A stretch of DNA of 64,000 nt from Deferribacterales bacterium (GTDB taxonomy: Bacteria > Chrysiogenota > Deferribacteres > Deferribacterales > Geovibrionaceae). How positions within the stretch are numbered: position 1 is the stretch's first letter; each line of letters begins with the position of its first letter. Shown one piece after another: positions 8,868 to 18,904 of this stretch. Made by a program: the position numbers and the translations under genes. A model generated the notes under the pieces. The model was not told the origin of the DNA and searched no databases. It worked only from the letters and a program-made list of their open reading frames with translations. The stretch spans positions 416,001-480,000 of the forward strand of contig JBFWJS010000001.1 of assembly GCA_050253075.1 (NCBI GenBank). The letters run 5' to 3'.

Positions 8868-9067
8868 ATTATCTTCCTGTAGTTTATTATAAGTTTATCG
8901 ATCATAAAAAAGAGATTCTTGGCTATTAAATAAATAGCAAAGAACATTATAATATCTCTCGATATATAAGTCAATTTTACATCATAAATGAGGAATTTCA
9001 CTACAAAAGACATCATGAAGACGACTGTTGCAAGCAGTAGTGAAAGCTCTCTGTAGGAAAGGTTCAT
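8864..9067 (-). CDS. Small hypothetical two-TM membrane protein between flhG and fliA
   Basis: Strong GAGGAG Shine-Dalgarno before ATG 9067, two hydrophobic segments, and the stop overlaps the fliA start. Confidence 0.7.
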   Translation of the reverse strand: MNLSYRELSLLLATVVFMMSFVVKFLIYDVKLTYISRDIIMFFAIYLIAKNLFFMIDKLIINYRKIM

Positions 9068-9089
9068 GGTCAACTCCTCTCTCTACGGC

Positions 9090-9938
9090 TCATTTAAATA
9101 CCCCTTTTATAAGAGAAACAAAGTTCCCTTTGGGCTGCTGGTCTCCCGTGGACTGACCCGTTATCTTTCTGGCTATGGCCAGCAGGTCCTTCACATACGG
9201 GCTGTTGGGCGTCAGGATACACACGGGTTTTTGGGATTTCACTGACTTTATCAGTGCTTTATCTTCTCTCAGATACCCGAGGAAATCCAGCTCGACATTC
9301 AGAAACTTTCTGGCGACATTCTTCATACTTTCGAATATCCCCTTAACGCCCTGAACATCGTCCACCCTGTTCAGCACAAACTGGATGTTTTCTATGCCGT
9401 ACTGAAAGTGAACCACCTTCATAAAGGCATAGGCATCCGTGATGGCTGTAGGCTCGGGCACCGTGAGCACCACGACCAGATCAGCAATGGATGTGAACCG
9501 TATAACATTTTCGGAGATACCCGCACCGGTGTCGAAGAGGATATAGTCGTACTGCGAATCTAGCAGGACGAAGATATCGATCAGCTTCTCGTGCTCTTCC
9601 TCAGAGAGGTTTGCGAGCTCGATAAAACCGCTGGAGGCAGGGATGATGTCCACCCCGTAGTTATCCTTCTTTATGATATCGTTCAGCCCCACCTCACCCG
9701 TCAGATATTTTCTGATGGATGCAGATACGGAGATATTAAGAAGAATATCCACATTTGCCAGCCCGAGGTCAGCGTCAAAAACAAGAACTTTTTTTCCCAG
9801 CTGGGCAAACAGACAGGCAAGGTTTACCGCAAAATTTGTCTTCCCCACTCCGCCTTTTCCTGACGAAACAGAGATATAAGTCGCCTTTCTGTTCTGTTCC
9901 CAAGCCTTTCTGCGCAGGCCGTGAGCCTGATCTGTCAT
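9090..9938 (-). CDS. flhG: MinD-like flagellar number regulator FlhG/FleN
   Basis: N-terminal DQAHGLR, SGKGGVGKT, DADLGLAN, DTGAG and PEPTAITDAYA. ATG 9938 overlaps the flhF stop. Confidence 0.95.
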   Translation of the reverse strand: MTDQAHGLRRKAWEQNRKATYISVSSGKGGVGKTNFAVNLACLFAQLGKKVLVFDADLGLANVDILLNISVSASIRKYLTGEVGLNDIIKKDNYGVDIIPASSGFIELANLSEEEHEKLIDIFVLLDSQYDYILFDTGAGISENVIRFTSIADLVVVLTVPEPTAITDAYAFMKVVHFQYGIENIQFVLNRVDDVQGVKGIFESMKNVARKFLNVELDFLGYLREDKALIKSVKSQKPVCILTPNSPYVKDLLAIARKITGQSTGDQQPKGNFVSLIKGVFK

Positions 9939-11128
9939 TTTTCGCTCCACAAGGCCGGTATCTCGTTAAGGATCTTACCAGCAATCTTCTTGCCATCCGG
10001 TATTTCCATGTCATCAGGGACATTTTGCCCACCCGCCAGAAGCATCAGCGGGGTCTTTTTCTTTATAGGTAAATTTACCAAAGGTCCGAAATATCTCGTC
10101 TCGTCCAGTTTGGTAAAGATGAGGTACTCGGGCATTAATTTCGAATATCTGTCGAAGGTTTCCACCATCTCCTGATGGTTGCTGCTCATGGACATTACGA
10201 GCGCAACTTTGATGAGCGGACTGACCTCCATGAACTTTAAAAGGTCGTTTATCTGGCTGTCGTCGAACTGGCTTCTCCCCATAGAATCTACAAAAACATA
10301 GTCGAAATCCCTGCATTCATAGATGATCTTTTCAAGCTCTGCGGGGGTTGAGGCGACACGCAGGGGTATATCCACGATTTCTGCATATGTGCGGAGCTGT
10401 TCGACTGCTCCGATACGGAAGTTGTCCACTGTGATCAGTGCGACCTTCTTCTTCTGTTTCAGGCTGAGATTAGCGGCTATCTTTGCGATAGTGGTGGTCT
10501 TGCCCACCCCTGTCGGCCCCACGAGGGCGAGAACCTTGTCGTTGATAGATGAGAAGTAGTCCTTCTCTATAGGGATCAGCTCGGACATAAGTGATGTCAC
10601 GAGGTTTTTTATCTGGTTAGGAGTCAGGTTGTGGCTGGCTCTCTTTTCTATTTTTTTCAGGAATTTATAAGCGATTATCTCGTCTACGCCGTTCTTCACC
10701 ATCAGGTTGTAAAACTCACGGATGGGGCCTGTCAGGTCGATCATTATGTTCTCTTTCAGCCCTGCCTGCATCTCCATCATCTGACGTTTTATGTCTGCGA
10801 TGTCTGTCATCAGGCTGTGGAACTTGTTCAGACCCAAAGTATTGATAAGCTCAGCGATCTTGTCCAGCTCGCCCCCTTGTGAATGGTCTTTGACCCCGGG
10901 TTCCTTCGAAGGATCGACATTGATGCCGACGGTCTTCTTACCTTTCTTCACACGGTCGTCGTCCTCGACTGCGGCTGTGACTTCGATGATAGGACGTGAG
11001 AAAAGCCCGAGGCTGTTGTTTTTAACAACCTTTCTGGAGGAGAGTATCATAGCGTCGGGGCCAAGCTCTTCTTTTATGAGCTTCATGGCCTCTTTCATGT
11101 CGAAAACTTCGTACTTTTTGATTCTCAT
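9935..11128 (-). CDS. flhF: SRP-type GTPase FlhF
   Basis: ELGPDAMILSSR N-terminus, GPTGVGKTTT, DNFRIGAVEQL, TKLDET and GQNVPDD. Confidence 0.96.
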   Translation of the reverse strand: MRIKKYEVFDMKEAMKLIKEELGPDAMILSSRKVVKNNSLGLFSRPIIEVTAAVEDDDRVKKGKKTVGINVDPSKEPGVKDHSQGGELDKIAELINTLGLNKFHSLMTDIADIKRQMMEMQAGLKENIMIDLTGPIREFYNLMVKNGVDEIIAYKFLKKIEKRASHNLTPNQIKNLVTSLMSELIPIEKDYFSSINDKVLALVGPTGVGKTTTIAKIAANLSLKQKKKVALITVDNFRIGAVEQLRTYAEIVDIPLRVASTPAELEKIIYECRDFDYVFVDSMGRSQFDDSQINDLLKFMEVSPLIKVALVMSMSSNHQEMVETFDRYSKLMPEYLIFTKLDETRYFGPLVNLPIKKKTPLMLLAGGQNVPDDMEIPDGKKIAGKILNEIPALWSEK

Positions 11129-13215
11129 TTATCAATCTCCAGCATTCCGAGGCTTTCAATGCGCACAGATTCGCTTATCTCATTATGTGACATAATATTA
11201 ACATTTGGAACAAATTTTTCAACAAAACGCCTCATAGGCAGGCGGATAGGCGGAGAAATGATCATAAGAGGCGGTAAACCTCTGCCGACACATTCCTCTG
11301 ATTTCTTCATAATGGCGGAGAGTATCTTCTGCGCCAGTGACGGGTCTATGACGATTTCCTGTCCGTCGTCCGTGTTCTGCAGGCTTCCTGCGAGGGTCTG
11401 CTCTATCTTTGAAGGGAGCGTAAAGACGTAGAGGTTTCCGTCTGCTGCCGTCATGTTTTCTGTTATCTGGCGTTTCAGTGTCAGGCGCACTTTTTCTATC
11501 AGATAGTCCGGATGCTTGTTCGTCGTGCCGAACGTAGCGAGAACCTCCATGATGGTCTGCAGGTTTCTTATGGAGACCCTCTCCCTCAGCAGAGCCGAGA
11601 GCACACGGTTTACAACACCGAGGTCGAGTATGCCCGGGATAACATCGTCCACCAGCTTCGGATACTTCTCTTTCAGCTTGTCCAGCAGTTCCTGAGTCTC
11701 CTGTCTGCCGAGCAGCTCGTGGGCGTTCTTCTTTATCACTTCGGTCAGGTGGGTCGCTATCACAGTGGAAGGATCGACTATAGTATAGCCTTCCATCTCT
11801 GCGATATCCTTTATGGCTTCGTCCACCCATTTCGCTTCCAGTCCGAAGGCGGGCTCCTTTGTCGGTATGCCCTCTATCTTTGTAATATCCCCGTCGGGGT
11901 TCATTATCAGATACTTGTCGGGGAATATTGTCCCTGATGCTATTTTAACACTCTTCAGCATTACGGAATATCCATTTGCGTCGAGCTGCAGGTTATCCCT
12001 TATGCGCACAGGCGGAACGATGAATCCCATCTCAAGTGCGAGCTGTCTGCGGATAGCCTTGATCCTGTTCAGCAGAGTGCCACCCTGATTAGTATCCACA
12101 AGGGGTATAAGACCGAATCCTATCTCAAGCTCCATGATATCCATCTCGAGGAGATTCTTAACTTCTTCCTCTTCGGGCACGTCCCGCTTTTCTTTTTCCT
12201 TCTTCTTCTCATCCTGCACTTTCTTTTCGTCCTCTGCCTTTTTGCCTTTGGAGATGTAAACAAGATAGAACATCAGCCCCGCAATGGAGAGGAAAGAGAG
12301 CTTCGGCAGACCGGGGATAAGTGAGAAAAATACGAGTATACCGCCCGCAATACCGAGAACCTTGCTGCTGGAAAAGAGCTGTCCGAAGAGCTGCCCTGAG
12401 AGGTCGGCTGAACCGCCCGCACGGGAAACGATGAGACCTGCAGATGTGGATATGATGAGGGACGGTATCTGTGATACCAGACCGTCACCGATGGTCAGGA
12501 TGGTAAAGCGTGTTGCAGCTTCGGCCGCAGGCATATCATGCTGGAAAACACCTATCATAAGACCGCCGAGGATATTTATCCCCGTGATGATGATACCTGC
12601 GATGGCATCACCGCGGACGAACTTACTAGCACCGTCCATAGCTCCGTAATAGTCAGCTTCTTTCTGTATCTTTTCTCTTTTGAGTTTTGCTTCGTCTTCT
12701 GTTATCAGACCAGTGTTCAGGTCGGCGTCTATGGCCATCTGCTTACCGGGCATAGCATCCAGTGTGAACCTTGCGGCAACTTCGGCGATACGTCCGGAAC
12801 CCTTTGTAATAACCATAAAGTTGATGAGTACGAGTATCATGAATATGATGATACCCACGACATAGTTACCGCCCACGACAAACTGTCCGAATGAACGGAT
12901 AACCTGACCGGCAGCGCCCTCTCCGTCTGAACCGTGGAGCAGGATCGTCCTTGTGGTGGCGACGTTGAGCGACAGCCTGAAAAGGGTGACGATCAGCAGC
13001 ACCGAAGGAAATGTCGAGAAATTAAGCGGGTCTTCAGCATGTATGGCAACCATGAGGATAACTATCGCAAGTGCGATACTCATGGTGAGCAGTATATCGA
13101 GGATGAATGACGGCAGCGGGAGCACCATAACGACAAGGATGCCCATGAAGAAGATGGAGAACATTAAATCATTTTGCTTAAAGAAACCTTTGAGCCCTTT
13201 GCTCTCTTCCGCCAT
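11125..13215 (-). CDS. flhA: Flagellar export protein FlhA
   Basis: RIAEVAARFTLDAMPGKQMAIDADL and GAMDGASKFVRGDAIAG motifs. Confidence 0.98.
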   Translation of the reverse strand: MAEESKGLKGFFKQNDLMFSIFFMGILVVMVLPLPSFILDILLTMSIALAIVILMVAIHAEDPLNFSTFPSVLLIVTLFRLSLNVATTRTILLHGSDGEGAAGQVIRSFGQFVVGGNYVVGIIIFMILVLINFMVITKGSGRIAEVAARFTLDAMPGKQMAIDADLNTGLITEDEAKLKREKIQKEADYYGAMDGASKFVRGDAIAGIIITGINILGGLMIGVFQHDMPAAEAATRFTILTIGDGLVSQIPSLIISTSAGLIVSRAGGSADLSGQLFGQLFSSSKVLGIAGGILVFFSLIPGLPKLSFLSIAGLMFYLVYISKGKKAEDEKKVQDEKKKEKEKRDVPEEEEVKNLLEMDIMELEIGFGLIPLVDTNQGGTLLNRIKAIRRQLALEMGFIVPPVRIRDNLQLDANGYSVMLKSVKIASGTIFPDKYLIMNPDGDITKIEGIPTKEPAFGLEAKWVDEAIKDIAEMEGYTIVDPSTVIATHLTEVIKKNAHELLGRQETQELLDKLKEKYPKLVDDVIPGILDLGVVNRVLSALLRERVSIRNLQTIMEVLATFGTTNKHPDYLIEKVRLTLKRQITENMTAADGNLYVFTLPSKIEQTLAGSLQNTDDGQEIVIDPSLAQKILSAIMKKSEECVGRGLPPLMIISPPIRLPMRRFVEKFVPNVNIMSHNEISESVRIESLGMLEIDK

Positions 13216-13249
13216 GTATTACTTCCTTCAATAAATCTTTCGATAGATT

Positions 13250-14308
13250 TTATCTGGTCTTGCGCTTGAATTTGTCTACAAGTGCAAGAATTTCCGCCAC
13301 TGCCTTATAAAGATTTTCAGGTATTTCATCACCTATGTCAACCGTTTTGAAAAGGGACCTTGCAATGGGCGGGTCCTCATGTATCTGAACGCCTGATTGT
13401 TTCGCTATCTCTCTGATGCGGAGAGCGATAAGACGCTGTCCTTTCGCCAGCACGACGGGTGCTCTGTCCTCGCCGGGGGAATACCTGAGTGCTACTGCGT
13501 AGTGGGTCGGGTTTGTAACCACCACATCGGACTTCGGCACATCGTCCATCATACGCTTTCTCGCCATCTCACGCTGAATGCTTCGGATACGGCTTTTGAC
13601 GTGTGGATCCCCTTCCGCCTGTTTACGTTCCTCTTTCACTTCGTGTTTGGACATCTTCATATCTTCGTTGAACTGATATTTCTGATACATATAGTCCAGC
13701 AGAGCCATCAGCAGAGCCAGCAGGCTGACCTTCCAGAGTATCTCATATATGATAAGTGCGGATATTCTCAGTATGTCGTAAAAGTCCATATCGGTCATAG
13801 ATATTATGGTTCCCATGTGTCCTTTTACGATGACGTATGCCAGATAGCCGACGGCGAATACCTTTATAAGCGATTTCAAAAGCTCCATAAGGGTTCTTTT
13901 GGAAAAGAAACGTCCGAATCCCTTAATGGGGTTTATCCTCTCGAGCTTCGGTTCCAGAGCCTTAGAAGCGATGAGGAAACCTGTCTGCAATACATTCCCC
14001 GCAATGGCGAGCACAAGTATCGCCGCCATAAAAGGCGAGAGCAGCTTTGCCGATTCCACAGCACTGAACATCATCAGCTCGTGCACGGACTGAGAGTTCA
14101 GCTCATAATTTGTCATGGTGAATATCTCACGGGATATCCTGGCCAGTCCTTTCGTCAGGTACGGTGTGTAAAAGTACAAGAAGAAGGTTATGAACAGGAG
14201 GGTCATGGCAGCAGGAAGCTCCCTGCTTTTTCCTACGTTGCCCTCCTTTCTGGCATCAGAAAGTTTTTTCCCCGTGGGGTCTTCGGTTTTTTCTTCGTCG
14301 CCTGCCAT
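13250..14308 (-). CDS. flhB: Flagellar export switch protein FlhB
   Basis: EKTEDPT N-terminus, EGDP and the NPTH autocleavage motif. Confidence 0.98.
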   Translation of the reverse strand: MAGDEEKTEDPTGKKLSDARKEGNVGKSRELPAAMTLLFITFFLYFYTPYLTKGLARISREIFTMTNYELNSQSVHELMMFSAVESAKLLSPFMAAILVLAIAGNVLQTGFLIASKALEPKLERINPIKGFGRFFSKRTLMELLKSLIKVFAVGYLAYVIVKGHMGTIISMTDMDFYDILRISALIIYEILWKVSLLALLMALLDYMYQKYQFNEDMKMSKHEVKEERKQAEGDPHVKSRIRSIQREMARKRMMDDVPKSDVVVTNPTHYAVALRYSPGEDRAPVVLAKGQRLIALRIREIAKQSGVQIHEDPPIARSLFKTVDIGDEIPENLYKAVAEILALVDKFKRKTR

Positions 14309-15082
14309 TTAAAAAAGCCTTATTATATTTGCTATTTCTTCAAAGTATCTGTGAAGGAATTTCTCAAATACTATATAGAAGTAGTTCATGCTCAGCGCCA
14401 GAACAAGGAATCCTATGGCTATCTTCGCAGGGAAGCCGACTATCATCAGGTTTATCTGCGGAGCGAGCTTTCCTATGACGCCCATCACCACGGAGAACAT
14501 GAGGAGTGTCATAAGCACAGGCGCCATGATCTTCACGGCGGTGAGGAATATGAACGAAAACAGCTTTGCTATATACTCAAAGGCGAGGGGGTCTATGTCT
14601 CCTGCGCCCAGCGGTATGAATCTGAAAGACTCGGATATCGCTCCGAGTATGAGATAATGCCCTCCGACAGCAATGAACAGCAGCAGCATGCCTATGTTCA
14701 GAAATGACGATATGATGGAGAGCTGTGTGTTTGTCTGCGGGTCCATAATATTTACGATGCTGAATCCCATCTGCATACCCGCTATCTGTCCGCCGAGCTG
14801 CGCACCCACAAAGAGGAAGTGGGAGAGAATGCCTATACACACGCCTATCAGCACCTCTTTGAACATCATGACGATCAGTATGCCCGTCGCCAGATTGCCG
14901 TAGGGCATGGTGGTGACAGTGGGGAAGATGACCAGAGCCACAAGTATGGCGAATAGGAATCTTATCTGAGCTTTTATCACGTTGCTTCCGAAAAATGGCA
15001 CGGAAAAGAGCATGGCGCTCACCCTCAGGGCCACCAGCATGAAACTAACAAAAGTGTCGGTGTAATAAAGGAACTCAAACAT
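14309..15082 (-). CDS. fliR: Flagellar export protein FliR
   Basis: Hydrophobic 257 aa protein with GGQIAGMQMGF and APQINLMIVGFPAK. Directly upstream of flhB. Confidence 0.95.
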   Translation of the reverse strand: MFEFLYYTDTFVSFMLVALRVSAMLFSVPFFGSNVIKAQIRFLFAILVALVIFPTVTTMPYGNLATGILIVMMFKEVLIGVCIGILSHFLFVGAQLGGQIAGMQMGFSIVNIMDPQTNTQLSIISSFLNIGMLLLFIAVGGHYLILGAISESFRFIPLGAGDIDPLAFEYIAKLFSFIFLTAVKIMAPVLMTLLMFSVVMGVIGKLAPQINLMIVGFPAKIAIGFLVLALSMNYFYIVFEKFLHRYFEEIANIIRLF

Positions 15083-15087
15083 AATAC

Positions 15088-15116
15088 ATATTATTGCCTG
15101 TTTGGTAGAATTACAA
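15088..15116 (-). promoter_or_regulatory. Putative sigma70 promoter for the fliR operon (possibly leaderless)
   Basis: Minus strand reads TTGTAA-17 nt-TAATAT-5 nt-ATG, with no Shine-Dalgarno. Confidence 0.5.
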
Positions 15117-15196
15117 CGTGTTTCACAGAAAACGCTTCCAATATTATAAGGCTCATGTAAAATGATTAAAAAATATACAGCAACCTGGGGATCAAA

Positions 15197-16225
15197 TTGA
15201 AAAGACTAGGATTTGACGAAGGGGTTTCACTCTTAAAAGATGCCGATCTGCTTGAACTTGCGAAGATGGCCGACGATGCCCGTAAGGAGCTTCATCCTGA
15301 GGGAGTGGTCTCTTTTGTCATAGACAGAAATATAAATTACTCAAACATATGCACGTGTAAATGCTCTTTCTGCGCCTTTTACAAAGACGAGGGCGAAGAG
15401 GGCGCATATGTCATGGATAAAGACACCCTTAGGGAAAAGATAGAAGAGACAAAGGCTCTCGGCGGTACGCAGATACTGCTGCAGGGCGGTCTGCACCCTA
15501 CCCTCCCCATAGAGTTCTATGAGGATATGGTCAGCTTTATGAAGGAGCTGGGCGTTTGGGTACACGGCTTTTCCGCTCCCGAGGTCTACCACATAGCAAA
15601 ACTCTCGGGGCTCAGTGTGGAGGATACCATAATAAGGCTGCAAAAGGCCGGGCTGGACAGCATCCCCGGTGCAGGAGCAGAGCTTCTCATCGACTCTGAG
15701 AGGACGAAGATAAGCCCGAATAAGATATCCACAGACAAATGGCTCGGTGTGATGGACACAGCCCATAAGCTGGGTATGAAGACGACGGCGACCATGATGT
15801 TTAAGAAAGAGGACGGACCCGAAAAGATAATAGAGCACCTCGAGAGGATACGCACACAGCAGGATAAATCAGGCGGGTTCACCGCTTTTATCCCGTGGCC
15901 GTTTCAGCCGGATAATACCGAGCTTGGCGGAGGTCATGTCACAGCAGTGGAATATCTGCGTGTTCTTGCCGTTTCCCGCCTTTACCTTGATAATGTGCCT
16001 AACATTCAGGTATCATGGGTTACACAGGGGCCTAAGACAGGTCAGACGGCTCTTTATTTCGGGGGTAATGATTTCGGTTCTCTTATGATAGAAGAAAATG
16101 TCGTCGCAGCATGCGGAGCAACATTCCGTATGAGTGTGGACGAGATAAAGAATACCATAGAGCGTGCGGGATTCAGACCTGCACAGAGAGATATGCAGTA
16201 TAATATTTTGAGGTATCTGGATTGA
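15197..16225 (+). CDS. mqnC: Cyclic dehypoxanthinyl futalosine synthase (radical SAM, futalosine menaquinone pathway)
   Basis: DRNINYSNICTCKCSFCAFY, LLQGGLHP, FTAFIPW and NDFGSLMIEENVV motifs. Confidence 0.9.
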   Translation: MKRLGFDEGVSLLKDADLLELAKMADDARKELHPEGVVSFVIDRNINYSNICTCKCSFCAFYKDEGEEGAYVMDKDTLREKIEETKALGGTQILLQGGLHPTLPIEFYEDMVSFMKELGVWVHGFSAPEVYHIAKLSGLSVEDTIIRLQKAGLDSIPGAGAELLIDSERTKISPNKISTDKWLGVMDTAHKLGMKTTATMMFKKEDGPEKIIEHLERIRTQQDKSGGFTAFIPWPFQPDNTELGGGHVTAVEYLRVLAVSRLYLDNVPNIQVSWVTQGPKTGQTALYFGGNDFGSLMIEENVVAACGATFRMSVDEIKNTIERAGFRPAQRDMQYNILRYLD

Positions 16226-17388
16226 AAAACGACTTCCTTGAGGTCTTGGTAGAGATCTCTGAAAAGATGAACAGTATGTTTGAGATTCATAACCTGCTCC
16301 CTGCTATCATCAACATAGCAAAGGAGTATCTGGACGTTAAGCGTATCTCGCTGATGCTCATAGAGGATGAGGTACTTAGGATGTATGCCCACGCAGGATT
16401 TGATGTGGACTATGACAATGTGCATATCAAACTGGGCGAAGGCATCGCAGGGAAAGTGGCTAAGACAGGCGTAGAGGTGATGGTGAACCACACGGATAAA
16501 AGCCGTGAGGAGCTCGGATACGAGGCATCTTCCTTCATGTCTGTACCTCTGAAAAAGGGCGATAAGATACTCGGAGTGCTCAACCTTACGGATAAAGAGG
16601 GCGATTTCTTCAACGAGACAGACGTAAAGGTCGCCAGATATATAGCCTCACAGTGTGCTCTCGGTGTCGACAGGTTCAACCTTTACAGAGATATGCGCAA
16701 GAGCGAGAACCTTCGCATAATAGGCATGCTGAACAGCTCCATTGCCCATGATATCAAAAATCTGCTGAACATCGTGCAGTCATACCTTGAGCTTATAGAC
16801 GAGGAAGACCTCAGCCCTGAGATGCGTGAATATATCGATGCTATCTTCTCCGAAGTGAAGCGTATACACGGGCTTACTTTCGACATGCTCGACTTCACGA
16901 GACAGCGTGTATCCATTAACATAGAAACCTTTAAAATCTCTGAAATGTTTGCAGAAATACACAAACATGCTAATATAATGACTAAGGATACGGATATAGT
17001 TGTCGAATTTAATATTATAGACGACTTCACCATGATGGTGGACAGAGGAAAGCTCTTCAGAGTTCTCTTCAACCTTATCTCAAATGCCATTGATGCACTC
17101 GAGTGTAAGGGTAAGGTCTCGCTCACCGCAGATAAAGACGGGGAATACGCTGTATTCCGTGTTAAAGATACAGGCAAGGGAATACCCAAAGAACACCTTG
17201 CAAAATTGTTTCAGCCTTTCTTTACATCAGGCAAAGCTAAAGGGACAGGGCTTGGTCTTGCTATTGTTCAGATGATCGTAGAGGCACATAACGGTACTAT
17301 AGAAGTGAATTCGGAAGAGGGCTTATACACCGAATTTACTATAAGGATACCATACAATTATGAATCTTTTAAAGAGCTACACAAATAA
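16222..17388 (+). CDS. GAF-domain sensor histidine kinase
   Basis: GAF (GEGIAGKVA, SVPL, GVLN), H-box IAHDIKN, NAIDA, DTGKG and GTGLGL. Confidence 0.92.
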   Translation: MKNDFLEVLVEISEKMNSMFEIHNLLPAIINIAKEYLDVKRISLMLIEDEVLRMYAHAGFDVDYDNVHIKLGEGIAGKVAKTGVEVMVNHTDKSREELGYEASSFMSVPLKKGDKILGVLNLTDKEGDFFNETDVKVARYIASQCALGVDRFNLYRDMRKSENLRIIGMLNSSIAHDIKNLLNIVQSYLELIDEEDLSPEMREYIDAIFSEVKRIHGLTFDMLDFTRQRVSINIETFKISEMFAEIHKHANIMTKDTDIVVEFNIIDDFTMMVDRGKLFRVLFNLISNAIDALECKGKVSLTADKDGEYAVFRVKDTGKGIPKEHLAKLFQPFFTSGKAKGTGLGLAIVQMIVEAHNGTIEVNSEEGLYTEFTIRIPYNYESFKELHK

Positions 17389-18904
17389 GAAAGAAGCGGA
17401 ACTGGCCAAATTATTAAGTAGACAATACGGCCTTGATTTAAACGACTACATATTTTCCAGAGACGACTCAGGGAAAATACTCATTAAGGTCGTATCGGAT
17501 AAGAACGTCGATGCTGAGGCAGAGCTTGTCATCACTGACAACGAGCTGAAGGCTGTCGTCAGCGTATATCCTGCGATCAATAACGGCAAACCTCTCTCCT
17601 CAGACCATATACTTGATCTGCTGCAGGGCGAAAAAATCACGTCCAATATCCGCAGAGACGTCATCGAAAGTGCAGTGGAGATATGCAACGGCGGCGGAAT
17701 ATCCGACAATATCGTCGTAGCAGAGGGTGTCGAGCCAATCCACGGGAACAATTCGCAGATACTGCTTAATTTCGACCCTATTTTAAACAAACCAAAGATA
17801 CTCCGTAACGGACGTGTCGATTATAAAAATATAGACAACATAAGAATAGTCCACGAGGGCGATCTGCTCCTTACGAAGAAACCAGCGACACCGGGTGTGC
17901 GCGGCCTGAGCGTAAGGAATCAGGAGATACCGCCTCAGCCCGGCGTAGACACAGAGATAACCGTCGGCGAAGGCGTACGTGCAGAGAAGGACGACTCCGA
18001 GTTTTACGCCACCACAGACGGCTGTGTCTCATTCACAAGGAATACTCTTGATGTCAGCCCGGTATATGATGTGCGTGGTAATGTAGACTACAGCACGGGT
18101 AACATCGTCTTCAACGGCAGTGTGCATGTGCATAACGACGTCCTCAGCGATTTCAGGATAAAGGCGGAGAAGGATATATTCATAGACGGACTCTGTCAGG
18201 ATGCCCATATCGAAGCGGGCGGAAACGTTGTCATAAAGCTCGGCGTGAAAGGCGAGCTGAAAGGGAGCATCAAGGCGAACGGAGATGTCATCATCGGATA
18301 CGCCGAAGGTGCAAACATCGAGGCGAAAGGAAACATCGAGATACAGAAATATGCATATCACTCTAAGCTGAAAACAGGCGGAAAGCTGGAAGCGATTAAA
18401 GAGCCGGGCGTTGTCGCCGGAGGCTCCATTGTCGCCTTTGAAGCTGTAGAGGTAAATCAGGTTGGTACAAGCGGAAACTCACGCTTCAGCATAAATGTCG
18501 GAACGAAATATTACTTTGCGGAAGAGCTCGATGCACTGAAAAAAACTCAGGCAAAATACGAAGAGAACAAAGCAAAGATTGACGAATTTCTCGGTAGTGT
18601 TAATTTAAAGAGCAAAGAAGTTCTCGCAAATCCAAAAGTCCGTCAGCTCATCACCATGCGAAAGCAGATAGATGCTAAGATCGCAGATGTTGACAAACAG
18701 ATGAAAGAACTGATAAGAGAAGCACATCACCCCAGACCAAAGCTGAAGGTGAAGGGTACTCTCTTCGGCGGACTGGATGTGCAGATCTATAGGGAGAAAT
18801 TAACCGTCAGGGAAAATCAGCAGAATGTTGTTTATTATTTCGACGATAAATATCAGCAGATAGTGCACGTTTCCCTTGAAGACCAAGACTGGCAGAATGA
18901 ATGA
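17360..18904 (+). CDS. DUF342 / FapA family protein (flagellar assembly protein A-like)
   Basis: GRVDYKN, VDYSTGNIVFNGSV, beta-helix repeats and C-terminal coiled coil. Confidence 0.85.
   Translation: MNLLKSYTNKKEAELAKLLSRQYGLDLNDYIFSRDDSGKILIKVVSDKNVDAEAELVITDNELKAVVSVYPAINNGKPLSSDHILDLLQGEKITSNIRRDVIESAVEICNGGGISDNIVVAEGVEPIHGNNSQILLNFDPILNKPKILRNGRVDYKNIDNIRIVHEGDLLLTKKPATPGVRGLSVRNQEIPPQPGVDTEITVGEGVRAEKDDSEFYATTDGCVSFTRNTLDVSPVYDVRGNVDYSTGNIVFNGSVHVHNDVLSDFRIKAEKDIFIDGLCQDAHIEAGGNVVIKLGVKGELKGSIKANGDVIIGYAEGANIEAKGNIEIQKYAYHSKLKTGGKLEAIKEPGVVAGGSIVAFEAVEVNQVGTSGNSRFSINVGTKYYFAEELDALKKTQAKYEENKAKIDEFLGSVNLKSKEVLANPKVRQLITMRKQIDAKIADVDKQMKELIREAHHPRPKLKVKGTLFGGLDVQIYREKLTVRENQQNVVYYFDDKYQQIVHVSLEDQDWQNE

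Noticed and set aside
13397..14707. 436-aa plus-strand ORF, and similar long antisense ORFs such as 2511-3449, 2950-3921, 5865-6620 and 19032-19838
   Set aside because: They are shadows opposite well-supported genes (flhB/fliR, cheA, fliM, uvrA), with no recognisable motifs and atypical composition.
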